The notes under the pieces were generated by a model. That model saw only the letters and a list, made by a program, of their open reading frames with translations. It was not told the DNA's origin and ran no database searches. A stretch of 64,000 nucleotides of DNA from Carcharhinus amblyrhynchos. Its lineage: Eukaryota. The translations under genes were made by a program, and so were the position numbers. This document shows positions 1 to 11,849 of this stretch, one piece after another. Each line of letters begins with the position of its first letter. Position 1 is the first letter of the stretch. The DNA lies in contig OZ336884.1 in the NCBI GenBank assembly GCA_965287045.1, forward strand, positions 44,330,001 to 44,394,000. The letters are read 5' to 3'.

Positions 1-824
1 AGGTCCTCGAAGATCTTGGGACATCTGAACTGTGCAAGATGCAGCTACTGCGCACGTTCCCTGTGTGGCGTGCACACGTGCACGATATTCATCCAGTGGT
101 CACAGAGCATTTGGATGTTCAGGGTGTGGAAGACCTTCCGAATAATAAAGGGCACCCCTTGATCCCACAGGGCTTGCAGGGTGATGTGCCCCCTGTTCAA
201 TAGCCCTCTGCACATGGGGCTACCTGCAATGGTGGCAAAGCCTGCAGCACAGGAATCCTGTTGGGCCTGATCCATGTCAGATGTAGTGGCTTGCCCGGGT
301 GTACAGGCTATCTGTAATCTCATGGATACGTTTGTATGTAGAGGACTGGGAGGTGCCACGGATGGCTCGGCTGAAAACCTGGAAAGACCCAGACTGGGCG
401 TAGAAGTTGAGGGCCGCCATGACCTTCACTGCCAAAGGGAGTGGGTGATCTCCTACCCCATGAGGTGCAGGTGACAGACGTGCCTACTGCCTCCCTACTG
501 AGCCAGAGTCTGTGGTGGCACACAGTAACATACTAAAGAACATGCGGGACTCCTCACACCTTCGGGCTGATGGGCAGCCACGACCTCCAGCAACCCTTGT
601 CCCCATGAGTCCCAGATGCTGGCAACTCAACACCATCCCCACTGCCATGCGCCACCTCAATTGGCTGCTGCCCATTGTCATATTTTCTTGTGCCAGTCAA
701 AATGGGCCGGGAAGACAGCAAGCATTTTTGCACCAGGCATGAGTTGAACTTTTAGTTTTGCATGCTATTTTTCCAGCTCCCCACACTGATTGCTGGGTGC
801 CGCAAAGTGGTAAAATCCTGGCCC
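1..824 (-). mobile_element. Harbinger/PIF DNA transposon remnant with a frameshifted HARBI1-like DDE transposase, running off the window start
   Basis: Minus-strand translations PLAVKVMAALNFYA..SGSFQ and GFATIAGSPMCRGLLNRGHITLQ...FIIRKVFHTLNIQMLCDH match the HARBI1/DDE_Tnp_4 pattern (ALxFYxSGSFQ; GFPxVxGAIDCTH; NRKGFHSINVQLVCD). A TIR-like end gtaaaatcctggccc lies at 810-824. Confidence 0.75.
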
Positions 825-861
825 ACATTTCTCCATTATGATATCCCAACCTCAATTCTTG

Positions 862-1278
862 TTATAAAGGGAGTGCAACAAAAGTTTATCAGTCTGCTTT
901 CTGGGACGGCTGGACTGATGCATGAAGAGAAATTGAGCTGCTTAGGATTATATTCGCTGGAGTTTAAAAAAAAAGAGGGCGGGGGGGTGGAAATTGCATA
1001 GAAACCTATAAAATTCTTTTCGGACTGAGATGAGGAGAAATTTCTTCACCCAGAGAGTGGTAAGCCTGTGGAATTTGCTACCACAAAAAGCAGTTGAGGC
1101 CAAAACATGTACATTTTTGGGAAGGAGCTAACTAGCTCTTGGGGTGAAAGGAATCAAAGGATATGGAAGGGAAAGCTGGATCAGGCTATTGAGTTGGGAT
1201 GATCAGCCATGATCATAATGAAATATGGAGCAGGCTCAAATAGCCTACTTCTGCTCTTGTTTTCAATGTTTCTACATT
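862..1278 (+). mobile_element. CR1-clade LINE 3' fragment (HER1-like)
   Basis: GVQQKFISLLSGTAGLMHEEKLSCLGLYSLE resembles the CR1 ORF2 C-terminus. It is followed by 'gagatgaggagaaatttcttcacccagagagtggt' and a typical 3' UTR. Confidence 0.8.
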
Positions 1279-2619
1279 TATTTTAGTTTATGTAAAATGA
1301 TTAGCTCAAGGATAATCAGTACATTTTACTGACTGGTTTATTGGTTGTGGGAATTTTTCAATGTGACTGGCTGCTTAGCCTGCTTAATAACAGCACAAAT
1401 TTTGCACACCAGAAATCCCCTCTGATTGATGGCAAAATGAAGCTACCATCAAGAAAGGTGAAATCCATGCCACAGACATTGCTCTCTCTTAACGTGCAGC
1501 TTTATTTAGGATCAATGGTGGTCATCATCGCTTTGCCACTGATGGAAAATCTGGAGCAATTTATGATAGAAAGATCACTGAACTCTGATGAAATAAACAT
1601 GCTGGACAATTATAGCTTTTCCTTATGCATTTCTCCTCTTCTTCCCACTTGGTAGGAGGTAGTTCGCTTATAAATGACTGTTCAATTTCACACTTCAATT
1701 ATTTTTGGAAAAAAATTGGTTGCTCCCTTGGCCAATGTCAGTCATGGGCCATCGTTTAATGCAAACAAGCACTTTGTGTATTATTTGGTTTCCAAGCCAC
1801 AGATCTTAAACTGGAAGTTGTGCTTTAGTGTGAAGCTAAGCTGCGAACCTTTATGAAAAGACCTAATTAACATCATGGGATCATATTGGACCGGAGAAGC
1901 AGCTGCTAAGTCCACCCGCCACCCCCTTCCAATCCCTTTTAATGAATGCAACATCATTTCACACTAAAAATCAAATGATATTTCTTTTCACATATTTCAG
2001 TGTAACACATTGGATTAATAAATGTTTCATCGACCTCTATCTTTCTATCATGCAGTATTCATCAATGTAAAATTAACGACACAATTTTTTTGTGATAAAG
2101 TTGAAGGAAACATTTGCATATCCTGATAGTTGATGTTCACAAGGTTAATGCAGAGGTGTCAAGGAAAAACATGATTGCCAGAGAGAGCTGGGGAAAATAA
2201 ACTGTGATCTGAAGTGAATGCAATTTCTTAATTCCTGAATGTTGACCATCTTGTTATACATATTTCCTCTGCATACTGGAATTGTACAAGGGGCCCCGGT
2301 ATTAATCAATGTTTGTGTTCATACTGTGCCTTTTGGTAGGCGTATACCTCAAATGCTGATTGAGGGATGGAATGGAATCGGGAAAATGAGCCACTTCTTT
2401 TTAACTCCCGAACTTCACATTTTCCACTATCCATCAGTGTGGGCCTGGGGGACACTGAAATGAATGGAGTTAAAATTGTCTCTTTAAAGGTGAGTTGAGG
2501 AAAAGTTCTTCAACACATGATGGCTATTTAAATAAGGGATGTAATGTCTTGTTGTTGGTGCAGAGTTCATTTTTGCAAAAGGAATCAACTTAGAGAGTTC
2601 TTTGAAAAAGAGGATTATT

Positions 2620-4395
2620 AAAAGGTTTTTTTGCCCGTACCCATTTGCCCTTTGGAAGGTGATGGTGAGCTGCTTACTTGAACCTCTACAGTACCTGAAA
2701 TGTAGGTACACCAACAGTACTATGAAGGAGGGAACGCCAGGATTTTAACCCAGTGACAGTGATGGAACAGTGATATATTTCCAAGTCAAGATGGCGAGTG
2801 ACTTGGAATGGAACCTCCAGGTTGGTGATGTTTCCAGTTATCTGCTGCTCTTGTCCTCCTAGAAGGTAATGGTTGTGAGATTGGAAGATGCTGCCGAAGG
2901 AACTTTGGTGAGTTCCTGCAGTACATCTTACAGATGGTATACACAGCTACCACTATTTGTCAGTGGTAGAGGGAGAAATTGCTTGTAGAAAGGGTAGCAA
3001 TCCAGTGGGCTGCTTTTTCGTGGATGGTGTCAAGCTTCTTGAGTCTTGCAGGAGCTGCACTTACCAAGTGGAGAATATTCCACTCCTTACTTGTGCTTTG
3101 TAGATGGTGGACAGGCTTTCGGCGGTCAGGAGGTAAATTACTCAGTGCAGGATTCCCAGCTTTTGACCTGCACTTGTAGCCACAATATTTATATCGGTAG
3201 TCCAATGGAAGGTCATTGATGAACAAGCTGAAGTTGGTTGGGCCTAGACTATTACCCTGAGGAATTCCTGCAGCAGTAATGTCGTGGAGCTGAAATGATT
3301 GACCCCAATCACTACAACCATCTTCCTAGGTGATGGGTATGACTCCAATCAGCAGAGAGCTTGGCCGCTGATTCCCTTTCACTCCAGTTTCACTAGTGCT
3401 CCTTGACAACAGATTCATTCAAATGCTGGCATGATCTCAACTCACCTCTGACCTTTGGCTCTTTTGTCTATGTTTGAACCAAGGTTGTTATGAGGTCTGG
3501 AACTGAGTGACCTTGGTGAAATCCAAACTGAACATCCATGAACAGGTTATAGCTAAGTGTCATTTGATAATGCTATTGATGGTTCCTTCTATCACTTTAC
3601 TGATGATCAAGAGTAGACTGATGGGGCGGTAACTGGTTGGATTGGATTTGTCTTGTTTCTTATGCACAGAATATACGCGGACAATTTTCCACATTGACAG
3701 GTAGATAGCAGTGTTGTAGCTGTACTGGAACAGTTTAGTTCAGTGTGCAACAACTTCTAGGGTACATGACATCAGTACCAATGCAGGAATTTTGTCATGG
3801 CCTACAGCCTTTGAAGTATCCTGTGTCTTCAGTCTAGATATCAAGTGGAATGAATCAATATTGTTGAAGACACCATCTGTGATGGTGGGGACCTGCAGAG
3901 GAGGCTGAGGTGGATCATCCACTTGACACTTCGAGTTGAAGATTGTTGAGAATGCTTCAGCCTTATCTTTTACACTGATGTGCTGGCCTCGCCCATCGTT
4001 GAGGGTGGAGATATTTATGGATCTGCTTTCTCTGCTGAGTTGTTTAATTGTCCACCACCAGTCATGGCTGGATGGTGTAAGGCTGCAAAGCTTAGATCTG
4101 ATCCATTGGCTGTGGAATTGCTTGACTCTGTCTACCACTTGTTGCTTATACTATTCGGCACAGTAGTCCATGTTGTAGCTTGACACCTCATATATTGGTT
4201 TTGTTGGATGCCTGGCATGCCCTCCTGCATTCTTCATTAAACTAGGGTTGATCCCCTGGCTCGGTAATAATGGTGGAATGGCGGATATGCCATGCAGTGA
4301 AGTTACAGAACGTGGTTGAGTACAATCCCGCTGTTGCTGATGGCTCACAGTGCCTCATGGATGTCTGGACTTGAGTTGCTAGATCTGTTCAAAGT
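2620..4395 (-). mobile_element. CR1/L2-group LINE with degraded ORF2 (internal deletions) and 3' UTR
   Basis: ORF 3740-4138 (WWWTIKQL..KDKAEAFSTIF..SKAVGHDKIPALVL) is the endonuclease-RT tether. ORF 2960-3226 contains FINDLP and SAAPARLKKLDTIHEKAA. Same family as 51990-52580. Confidence 0.8.
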
Positions 4396-4398
4396 CTA

Positions 4399-4745
4399 TT
4401 GGATACTAATAAGATGTGGAAGCTGAGGTGGATGTGTGGAGTAACGATAAAGGACAAAATCTGGAATCAGCCCATCAGCAGGTCAGTGAAGATTGTGGAA
4501 AAATCAAAGAAAATAGATAAGAATAGATTCAAATGGTATTGCCATCTGATGTGGAGAGAGAGGAAAAGTGGTGAGGAAAGAGGGAGAAGACATGGAAGGT
4601 CTAATAGCAGGTGGAAGGATGTGGTGGCGTGAGAATTAAATGCAATGGGATTGAAAGAAGAATGGGTAGTTAACAGGAGGAGATGGAGAAGGGTGATCAA
4701 ATAGCACTGTGGCAACCACATGCAAAAGGTGGAAGGACAGTGAAG
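4399..4745 (+). mobile_element. RTE-clade LINE 3' fragment
   Basis: LRWMCGVTIKDKIWNQPI..KIDKNRFKWYCHLMWRE..GRRHGRSNSRWKDVV matches the RTE C-terminal pattern LRWMCGVTRxDRIRNE..RLRWFGHV..RGRPxxRWxD. Confidence 0.75.
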
Positions 4746-4892
4746 CATGAATGAGTAAATTGGTACAATTGTGTTTCGTATTGACTTGTGAAGATTCACA
4801 CATAGAATTGCACTAGAGGGCTTTTCATTTCTTCCAGAATTCGCTCTATGTAGATATTTGTTTCATGTACTATGTTTAATCAAATGCAATTT

Positions 4893-5210
4893 CATAGAAC
4901 CATAAAATCACACCTCTTCAGCCCATCGAGTCTGCATCAACACGTTAGAAACACCTTAACTCCCACCTAACCCCATTTGTCAGCACTTGGCTCATAGCTC
5001 CAAATGTTATGATGTGCCAAGTTCTCATCCAGATGCTTTTTAAAGGATGTGAGCGATCCACATACCACCCTCCGAAGCACCGCATTTCAGACTGTCACCA
5101 CCCTCTGGGTAAAAAGGTTTTTCCTCACAGCCTTTCCTTTCCAGCCCTCACTTTGAACCAATGTCCCCTTATGACTGACCTGTAAACTAAAGGGAACAGC
5201 TGCTCCTTAT
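4893..5210 (-). mobile_element. CR1 LINE 3' fragment
   Basis: Reverse complement of a CR1 3' end (aaaacctttttacccagagggtggtgacagtctg...) with the tail 'catagaaccata'. Confidence 0.7.
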
Positions 5211-5211
5211 T

Positions 5212-5440
5212 CACACAGAAGATGGTGAGTGCCTGGAACAAGCTGCCAGAGGTAGTGGTAAAGGCGGGTACAATTTTGTCTTTTAAAAAGCATCTAGACA
5301 TTACATGGGTAAGATGGGTGTAAAGGGATATGGGCCAAATGCGGGCAATTGGGACTAGCTTCGAGGTTTAAAAAAAAGGGTGGCATGGACAAGCTGGGCC
5401 AAAGGGCCTGTTTCCATGCTGTAAACTCTATAACTCTATA
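5212..5440 (+). mobile_element. CR1 LINE 3' fragment
   Basis: 'gtgagtgcctggaacaagctgccagagg...gggcctgtttccatgctgtaaactctataactctat' is a typical CR1 3' end. Confidence 0.8.
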
Positions 5441-5807
5441 TCATTTAGCATAGTGGTAGTGCCACACAACACAATGGATAGCATCCTCAATGTTGTAGAA
5501 AGCAGCCAAGTAATCATAAAGAACATTGAGAATAATATCAACAAACAACTGTTGCAATTGCTAGAGCATAACTTATCTTCTTCCTCTCCCTGACATAGCC
5601 AAGCTTTTTTTTTATATTTAAAGAGCTGAGGATTTAAATAACTTCATAGTTCTACACATCTCCTCTGTCCTTCAAGAGCATTTACATCTGCTCCAAAAAT
5701 TCATAATTCCCACTCTACATAATAAGGCCTTTGTTATAGAGAACATGAGGTCTGTTTGAATACAACACTGTTTTCAAATGGCCCTACTGAGCTTGGGTTT
5801 CCTTTCC

Positions 5808-5972
5808 AGAATCATAGAAACCCTACAATGCAGAAGAAGGCCATTTAGCCATTTAGCCATCGAGTCTACATCAGCCACAATCCCACCAAGGCCCTATCTT
5901 CTTAACCACACATATTTACCTTGCTAATCCCCCTGACACTAAGGGGCAGTATAGTATGTCCAATTAATCTTA
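5808..5972 (-). mobile_element. HE1-type V-SINE, 3' part
   Basis: The reverse complement matches the 3' half of the SINE copies at 19671 and 23040. Confidence 0.7.
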
Positions 5973-6045
5973 CCGATCTCTGCGCTGATGGATCAGCGCA
6001 TGCGCATCATTTACTTTCAGTTTAAAGACAAGGTCCCAAAATATA

Positions 6046-7070
6046 GGGGGCGATTCTCCCAGCCTGTTGCACTGCACGAGCACTGCAATGGGTCAGAAGA
6101 CATCAGCAGCAGCTGTTTGGTGAGATTCCCACTGGCTGCCAAAGTCTCCACACGTCTCCAGGGGTAAGATTTTGGGCATCATCAGCTCTGCGTCGAAAAT
6201 CAACATTTTCTTATGAGCAGCGGGCCCAGGACAGAAATCTCTGGGTCAGCTAGTGTCTCCCTCCCACCCCACTTCCTGCTGTGAGTGGTTCCTCCAGCAG
6301 CGTTTACAACTGCTCCCCAGGGAACAGGCATCCTGACCCTGCTGGAGGGAACAGAAATCGTCAAGGCTTCTGCGGGGAGGTTGGGGGTAAGAGGGGCCTC
6401 AATATCTCAAGCCTGGCGCCTTGGCAAAGCCAAGGGGCAAACTGGTACTCTGCAAGTGGCACATTGGCACTGCCCACCAGGCAGTGCCAAGGAGGTGCGG
6501 CCAGAGAGAGTGAGGCCTACTGGGGGGGGGCAATTGGTGGAAGGGTGGGAAACCTGCTGCCACTCTGCAAAAAGATCTTTGGGGGAGGGAGGGGGTGGGA
6601 CGATCGGGCCTGGCTATTTGGGTGGGGTTGGGGGGTGGCCATTGTGGGTGGAGTCAGGATTGTTGGGGCTGGCCAGGGGGAGGGAGGGGTTGCTGTCAGT
6701 GGGGAGATCAGAGCTGGCTTTTGGAGGGGGAACACCAAGGCTGGTCCGATGAAATCCAGGAGGCCAGCGACCTGGGGGGGGCGGGAATACGGTTGGATGG
6801 GCGATGGGCGATTGCGGGACCAGCCAGCGATGGGGCTGGCCAACAATCTGGAGGCTGGCAATCAGGGGGCCATTGCGCATTGCCGATCTCTGCACTGACG
6901 GATCAGCACATGCGCAGTGGCTCGCTCAGTAATATGCTGCTGACCTCTTGGGTGGGAATAGGCCCTGTCCCCTTCTTACTTGAGGGAATCACGCTAGTGC
7001 CCTCTGTGATGTACAGACTGTAGGAGGTTCACTCTGGGAACTTAGAATTTTTTCTTGGGAGAATCCCGGC
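6046..7070. mobile_element. Non-autonomous Harbinger-type element (MITE), about 1 kb, with a G-rich interior
   Basis: Terminal inverted repeats ggggcgattctccc (from 6047) and gggagaatcccggc (7057-7070). Confidence 0.6.
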
Positions 7071-7724
7071 TCTTGACTTTTAATTCCTTGTGAATTGAGA
7101 CTGAGACGAGATTGCTACAAATAGACCCAAATAGTTGGCATTCAACTTCCTGGCTCCATTCTGGTCCTAAACTAGATTTGAGAAGGTGGGATGGTGAGGG
7201 GGCAGGGTTACCCACCCACAAGCCACAGGATGCCATACAACTCATTAAGGGCCTACTGGGGCCAATTAAAACTGTCTATGTTTTCCAGGTCTATGCAGAT
7301 GCCAGCAAGGGCTGTATTTAGTGACGTCATAACCCTGGGAGAAGCATCTACACATGTGCAGATGCAATCAGAGTCATCATGGACAGCGACTTCCCAGGCA
7401 ATTGATTGCGTCAAACAGTGCCTCCACCTTCACAATCCTCCAGACCAGCAGACAGGAGCTGAAAGGACTGGGAGGGCATCTTTTGCTGCATCCTCTTTGA
7501 TCAGTGAATGCTGCTTCCCACTCCTAATCCCTTGCAACTCCTTCCCAGCTCCTGTTGACTGTCCCTTCCTGCTCCATTCATCGTCCCTTCACTGCCTCTT
7601 GTTTAATGGCCTTCTCTTACCTCCTCAACATCTCGTATGGGGTGATCAAGACAACATGAGTGATAAGAGGATGAGTTGGAACCGGAGCAGGAGAGGTTTG
7701 TTGTGAGTGTGGATTACTGTATAT

Positions 7725-7935
7725 GAAGAAAAGAGTGAGGAAAGTTTACACAAATTTCCTAACAAAGGGTTGCGGGTATGTGGAATGTGTTGTCACATAG
7801 GATAAGTAGAGACAAAGAAGATCAGATTTCATAAAAGAAAATTGGACAAATATCTAAAGCAGTTGACAATACAGCCTGTGGAAAAAGCACAGGACACAAT
7901 GCACTGAATGATCTTTTTCTGAGCTGTAAATCTAT
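7725..7935 (+). mobile_element. Old CR1 3' fragment
   Basis: Degraded CR1 3' motifs: 'tgtggaatg', 'aaattggacaaatatctaa', 'ttctgagctgtaaatctatg'. Confidence 0.5.
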
Positions 7936-8529
7936 GGCACTATCAAAGTTATATACATTTCTGCACCTTCCATATTTTGAATTTGTTTCTGTGCTGCTGA
8001 AGATCAGCTTTAACATCATCAATAAGCCCTGACAAACTCTTCCTCCAATTACACAGCAGATCCCATTCACTCCAAATCAGCTCACTTCAACTGATTCTTC
8101 TTCTCTGTGGTTAATCATCACCTCGAATGCAAAGCAGGCTTTCCTAAAACTTCACACAAAGTTGGATGATGATGCAAGAGGGCAGCAGGACTTTGATTTG
8201 ACTGGTTTGCATGAGCTTCGTTCAAATCTTTCTGATTCCCTGTCTTGTTTCAAACCAACAAAGGGAGTTGTTTCCTTCAATTCTTATCAGTCATATCATT
8301 TTCATCGACCAGCTTAGAATTCAAGCTAGTACCAGAATACAAATTCCTGTGTAATTTTGCTAGGAGAAGATGTTGATGGCATCACACCCATGTGTTGTAC
8401 TTTTAATATTCGTTTGGAACATAATTGTAATGCATTTATATTGTGTAAATGTGACTTTTGGTTCACAAGACTGTAAAGAGCTTTTTCAAAATTCAATGAG
8501 ATTCATTGAATAAATTAGGTGCCTGTCAG

Positions 8530-9005
8530 CTGGGATTTGGTCACAGCACTCTCTCACCTCTGAGTTAAAAGATTATGCATTGAAAATCTATTTCAGGCAA
8601 TAAGCACAGAAATCAAGCCTGATGCTATAGTGCAGTACTGAAGGAGTGCTGCATTATTAGAAGTGCTGTCTTTTGGATGAGATGTTAAAATAAGGTCTTT
8701 CTCTCAGATAGCTGCAAGAACACAATGAATAAGAGCAGAAGTAGGCCATTCAGCTCCTCCAGCCTGCTCTACCATTCAGTAAAATCATAGGTGTGGTCTC
8801 ACCAAAGTGATATACCAGTTTCCATGGTACTATTTCAAAGAAGAAAGGGGGAGTTATTCCAGATATCCTGGACAATAGTTATCCCTCAATCAATGTTATT
8901 TTTCACATGATACAATAGTAACTATACTTCAAAAGTACTCCACTTACTGTGAAGCACTTTGAAATATCCAGTGATGATGAAAGATGCTGTATAAATGCTA
9001 GTCAT
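8530..9005 (+). mobile_element. Deu-domain SINE (SacSINE1/AmnSINE1-like), interrupted by a small antisense CR1 tail at about 8716-8790
   Basis: Contains 'agtgcagtactgaaggagtgctgcat', 'ccatggtactatttcaaagaagaaagggggagtt...tatccctcaatcaa' and an L2-like tail 'gtgaagcactttg...gctgtataaatgc'. Confidence 0.65.
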
Positions 9006-10856
9006 TATCATCTTTAATAATATGCGAGTCCTTCAGAAACCCCCTCATCCCCTCAATCATTTCTTGGCTTTCACAGTAGGTTCATATATTCGCTTTGGAA
9101 CCAAGCGGCCAATGTTTACGCCTTATCGAGCATTATCTAATCTAGGTTAATTTTTTAAAAAACATTTATTATGTCTATTCAAGAATTCTGATGTGACTTA
9201 GATGAAAATTTATATGAACAGCATTTTTGTTCTAAGTTAGATTGAAACAAAATTCCAGCAGATGGGCAGTGTGTTTGCACAGCTACAAATATCTGCAAAC
9301 TCTGATGTGGGATTAGAAACCTCTAATGAACACTCCATGGGTTTCCAATTGTGATAGACTTCAGTATTGATTAGGGAGCTTAGAATCTCATTAAAAAAAG
9401 TATGAAGGCACATAAAGAGAATAGACTATCTGGTCTTTCAAATCACTTCTTCCACCTACTGTATACAACCTACTCTATAATGGGCCCAACCCATCTAAAA
9501 AAAATCTTCCTGCGTTGAAGCACCGTACAAATTATTCCCTGAATTTCAAAGATAATCAAGAAGAACTCCAGGATTTTCATCAATTACCTCTCCAAAGCTT
9601 GATCCTGCTTATTACCTCCTGCAAGCAACACTTCTCCCTGCCTCCTCCCCTATAGTTCATTCAGGAGCCCCGATTGATCTGGGATAATAATGCAGGTAAA
9701 TCTGAATGTTCAGATTTCCAGCATCCATTGTATTGTGCTTTGTATTTCTCCTCAGTCCACATAGAAGAACTCGTTAATGTTAACAATTTGCAAACATTAC
9801 CAAGCTAATAGGTAAAGTGGTCTGTGAACATAAGAACAGAAATTTCAAAAGGAAATGGATGGATTCGTAAAACAAAATTATGGCTGATGCAGTTTAATGT
9901 AATAAAGTCAGAAGCAGCTTACTTTAGACATAAAATGAATAGATGAGAATAAACTGCTGTCTACATACAATGGAGATAGGATTGCTGACTTTGAACATTG
10001 CATCTACACATGGTGTTGTGAGCTGACCTTATGCTATAATTAAGGTGAGGTCATTTAACATGACCTTGCAACACTTCTAGCACAGATTATATCATGTGCT
10101 GCGAGTATACTGATATCTGGTGAAAAGCTCTCTGCCACCTACAGTTTACTATGGACAGGAGGAGGTTACTTTAAAGTTAATTTCAACTTTCATCACCTGT
10201 CTGTAAAAAGAAAGGTGGTTTTGATTTGTTTCCCTTTATATAATTGATAGTGTATTCCCCAACACTCAGTCTTAGTGTGATCCATCTTCTATTAATAACC
10301 CCACAGCTAACTTGAGGTAGGAAGAACTCAAATTGTTAGTTTATTTGCACACACTCGCAATATGAAAAGAGGGTTCGCAAAGCCCCGTCCACACTCAGAC
10401 AATAAAGGGGTAGAGAAAATAAATATTTTACAGTGGCCAGACTAGAGAAAAACTCAGAATGAATTTTCAGCCCAGAATCAAAGTCTGTTGAAGTATTCAG
10501 TCATAGAGGTTGGCAGGCTGAAAACAGATGCTGTAGAATTCACTTCCAGTGTGGTGGACTTCACAAGTGAGATAGGCATGCAGAGATGAATCAGTCTTGG
10601 TGATGATATAGAACTTTCAGCAGAAACAGAATAGAAGACCCAGAGCTTCTGTGGTGTGGTCTGCTAGTCAGATGTTAAATAGCAGACTAAGCATTATAGT
10701 TCTGCAAGGCATACTTGTTCCACATGCCAGATGCCCATGTAAAATGATTCCCACCTCGCCGCCACCTTTGAGGAAGGATATGTATCCTTTGTCTCAAATT
10801 CAGCTTTGTCTTCAGGGGTGCTATTATGGCTTAAAGTAAATGTTTAAGAGGGCATT

Positions 10857-11057
10857 GTCTTGGATTTTCTAGCCCTTCCTGCCAGCGGGAGTTTCTGGTC
10901 CTGCCAAAGGCAACCCCTTCTTCTGCCCTTGCCCCATTATCAGGTTTCCTGATAGCACAGCCAGCAAGCAACACAAATGCCCATTGACTGTGGTGAGATG
11001 TGAATATCCCACTGGTGGCCCGATGATAAACCATCTCTGCTATTAGAAAATCCCAGC
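10857..11057. mobile_element. About 200-bp Harbinger-type MITE
   Basis: Ends ggattttct and agaaaatcccagc. The interior is the reverse complement of 39396-39599. Confidence 0.6.
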
Positions 11058-11849
11058 TATTGTCTTAGTAGACATTCCATCTCCATTGGCAAGCTAGAGT
11101 TATCAAGTACAAAAGGCCTTCAATCAACTCCCTTTGAAGTCAGGCTATGCATTTCCCAAGCGATCATTAGCAGCTCCTCAGAGATAACAAGTTCTGAGAT
11201 TTCTAAAACGGCAAAGTATCTTCTTTTGTTCTGGGGTCACAGACAGATACAGTTTCAGCCATTCTAAGGATCTTTGTTCAGTTTTTTAACATTTTAGGAT
11301 TAGCCATAAAGATTTCTATATAAAGTCATAAAAATATACAGTCTGAGGTCTTAGTTCCTCACAAGCTCTTAAATACATAATGATTATCCTTGAAAATATT
11401 CTGAAATAGCAGAGGAGAAATGACTAGGACAAGTTGATAAGCAGATGGCACATTTCAGAATGCTGTTTTTGATGTTTTGCTACAGGAAGGTTCTGCATAG
11501 AAGGATGCTTTTGGAGCTAAATGACAACCTCTGGTGAAGAGTTGCACCAGATAAGACTGGATTAAGGTAGTTCAAAGAGTAAATGCAGTCCTACCTGAAC
11601 ACTGGCCTGGGAGGAGGTGGAATAAATTTGCTAGTCTCTGAGAGATTGTTAATATAAGTGCACTTGTTATTTTGCTTGCTAGCCCTACAAAGCATCTTGG
11701 CAATATTTCGGTGTGTGCTTCATGTAGCATTACAGAAGATGAATGCACAGTGCTGTCAAATGTTTAACTACATCAAAAACAGACTGGAATTTGTTTTAGC
11801 AAGAAGTTGTGGTATTGCCCTGTGACACACTATAATATGGCAACCAAAA

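Noticed and set aside
1341-1655. 104-aa ORF in apparently unique sequence
   Set aside because: Non-ATG start, no homology I recognise, and no supporting neighbouring exons.
6281-7023. Cluster of overlapping 93-205 aa ORFs
   Set aside because: They come from the G-rich, stop-poor interior of a MITE. The peptides are Gly/Pro-biased with no domain.
7191-7706. 171-aa ORF
   Set aside because: No recognisable domain; it lies in repeat-like low-complexity sequence.
10245-10830. Possible solo LTR on the minus strand
   Set aside because: Impression only. There is no partner repeat, PBS or clear TG..CA boundary.
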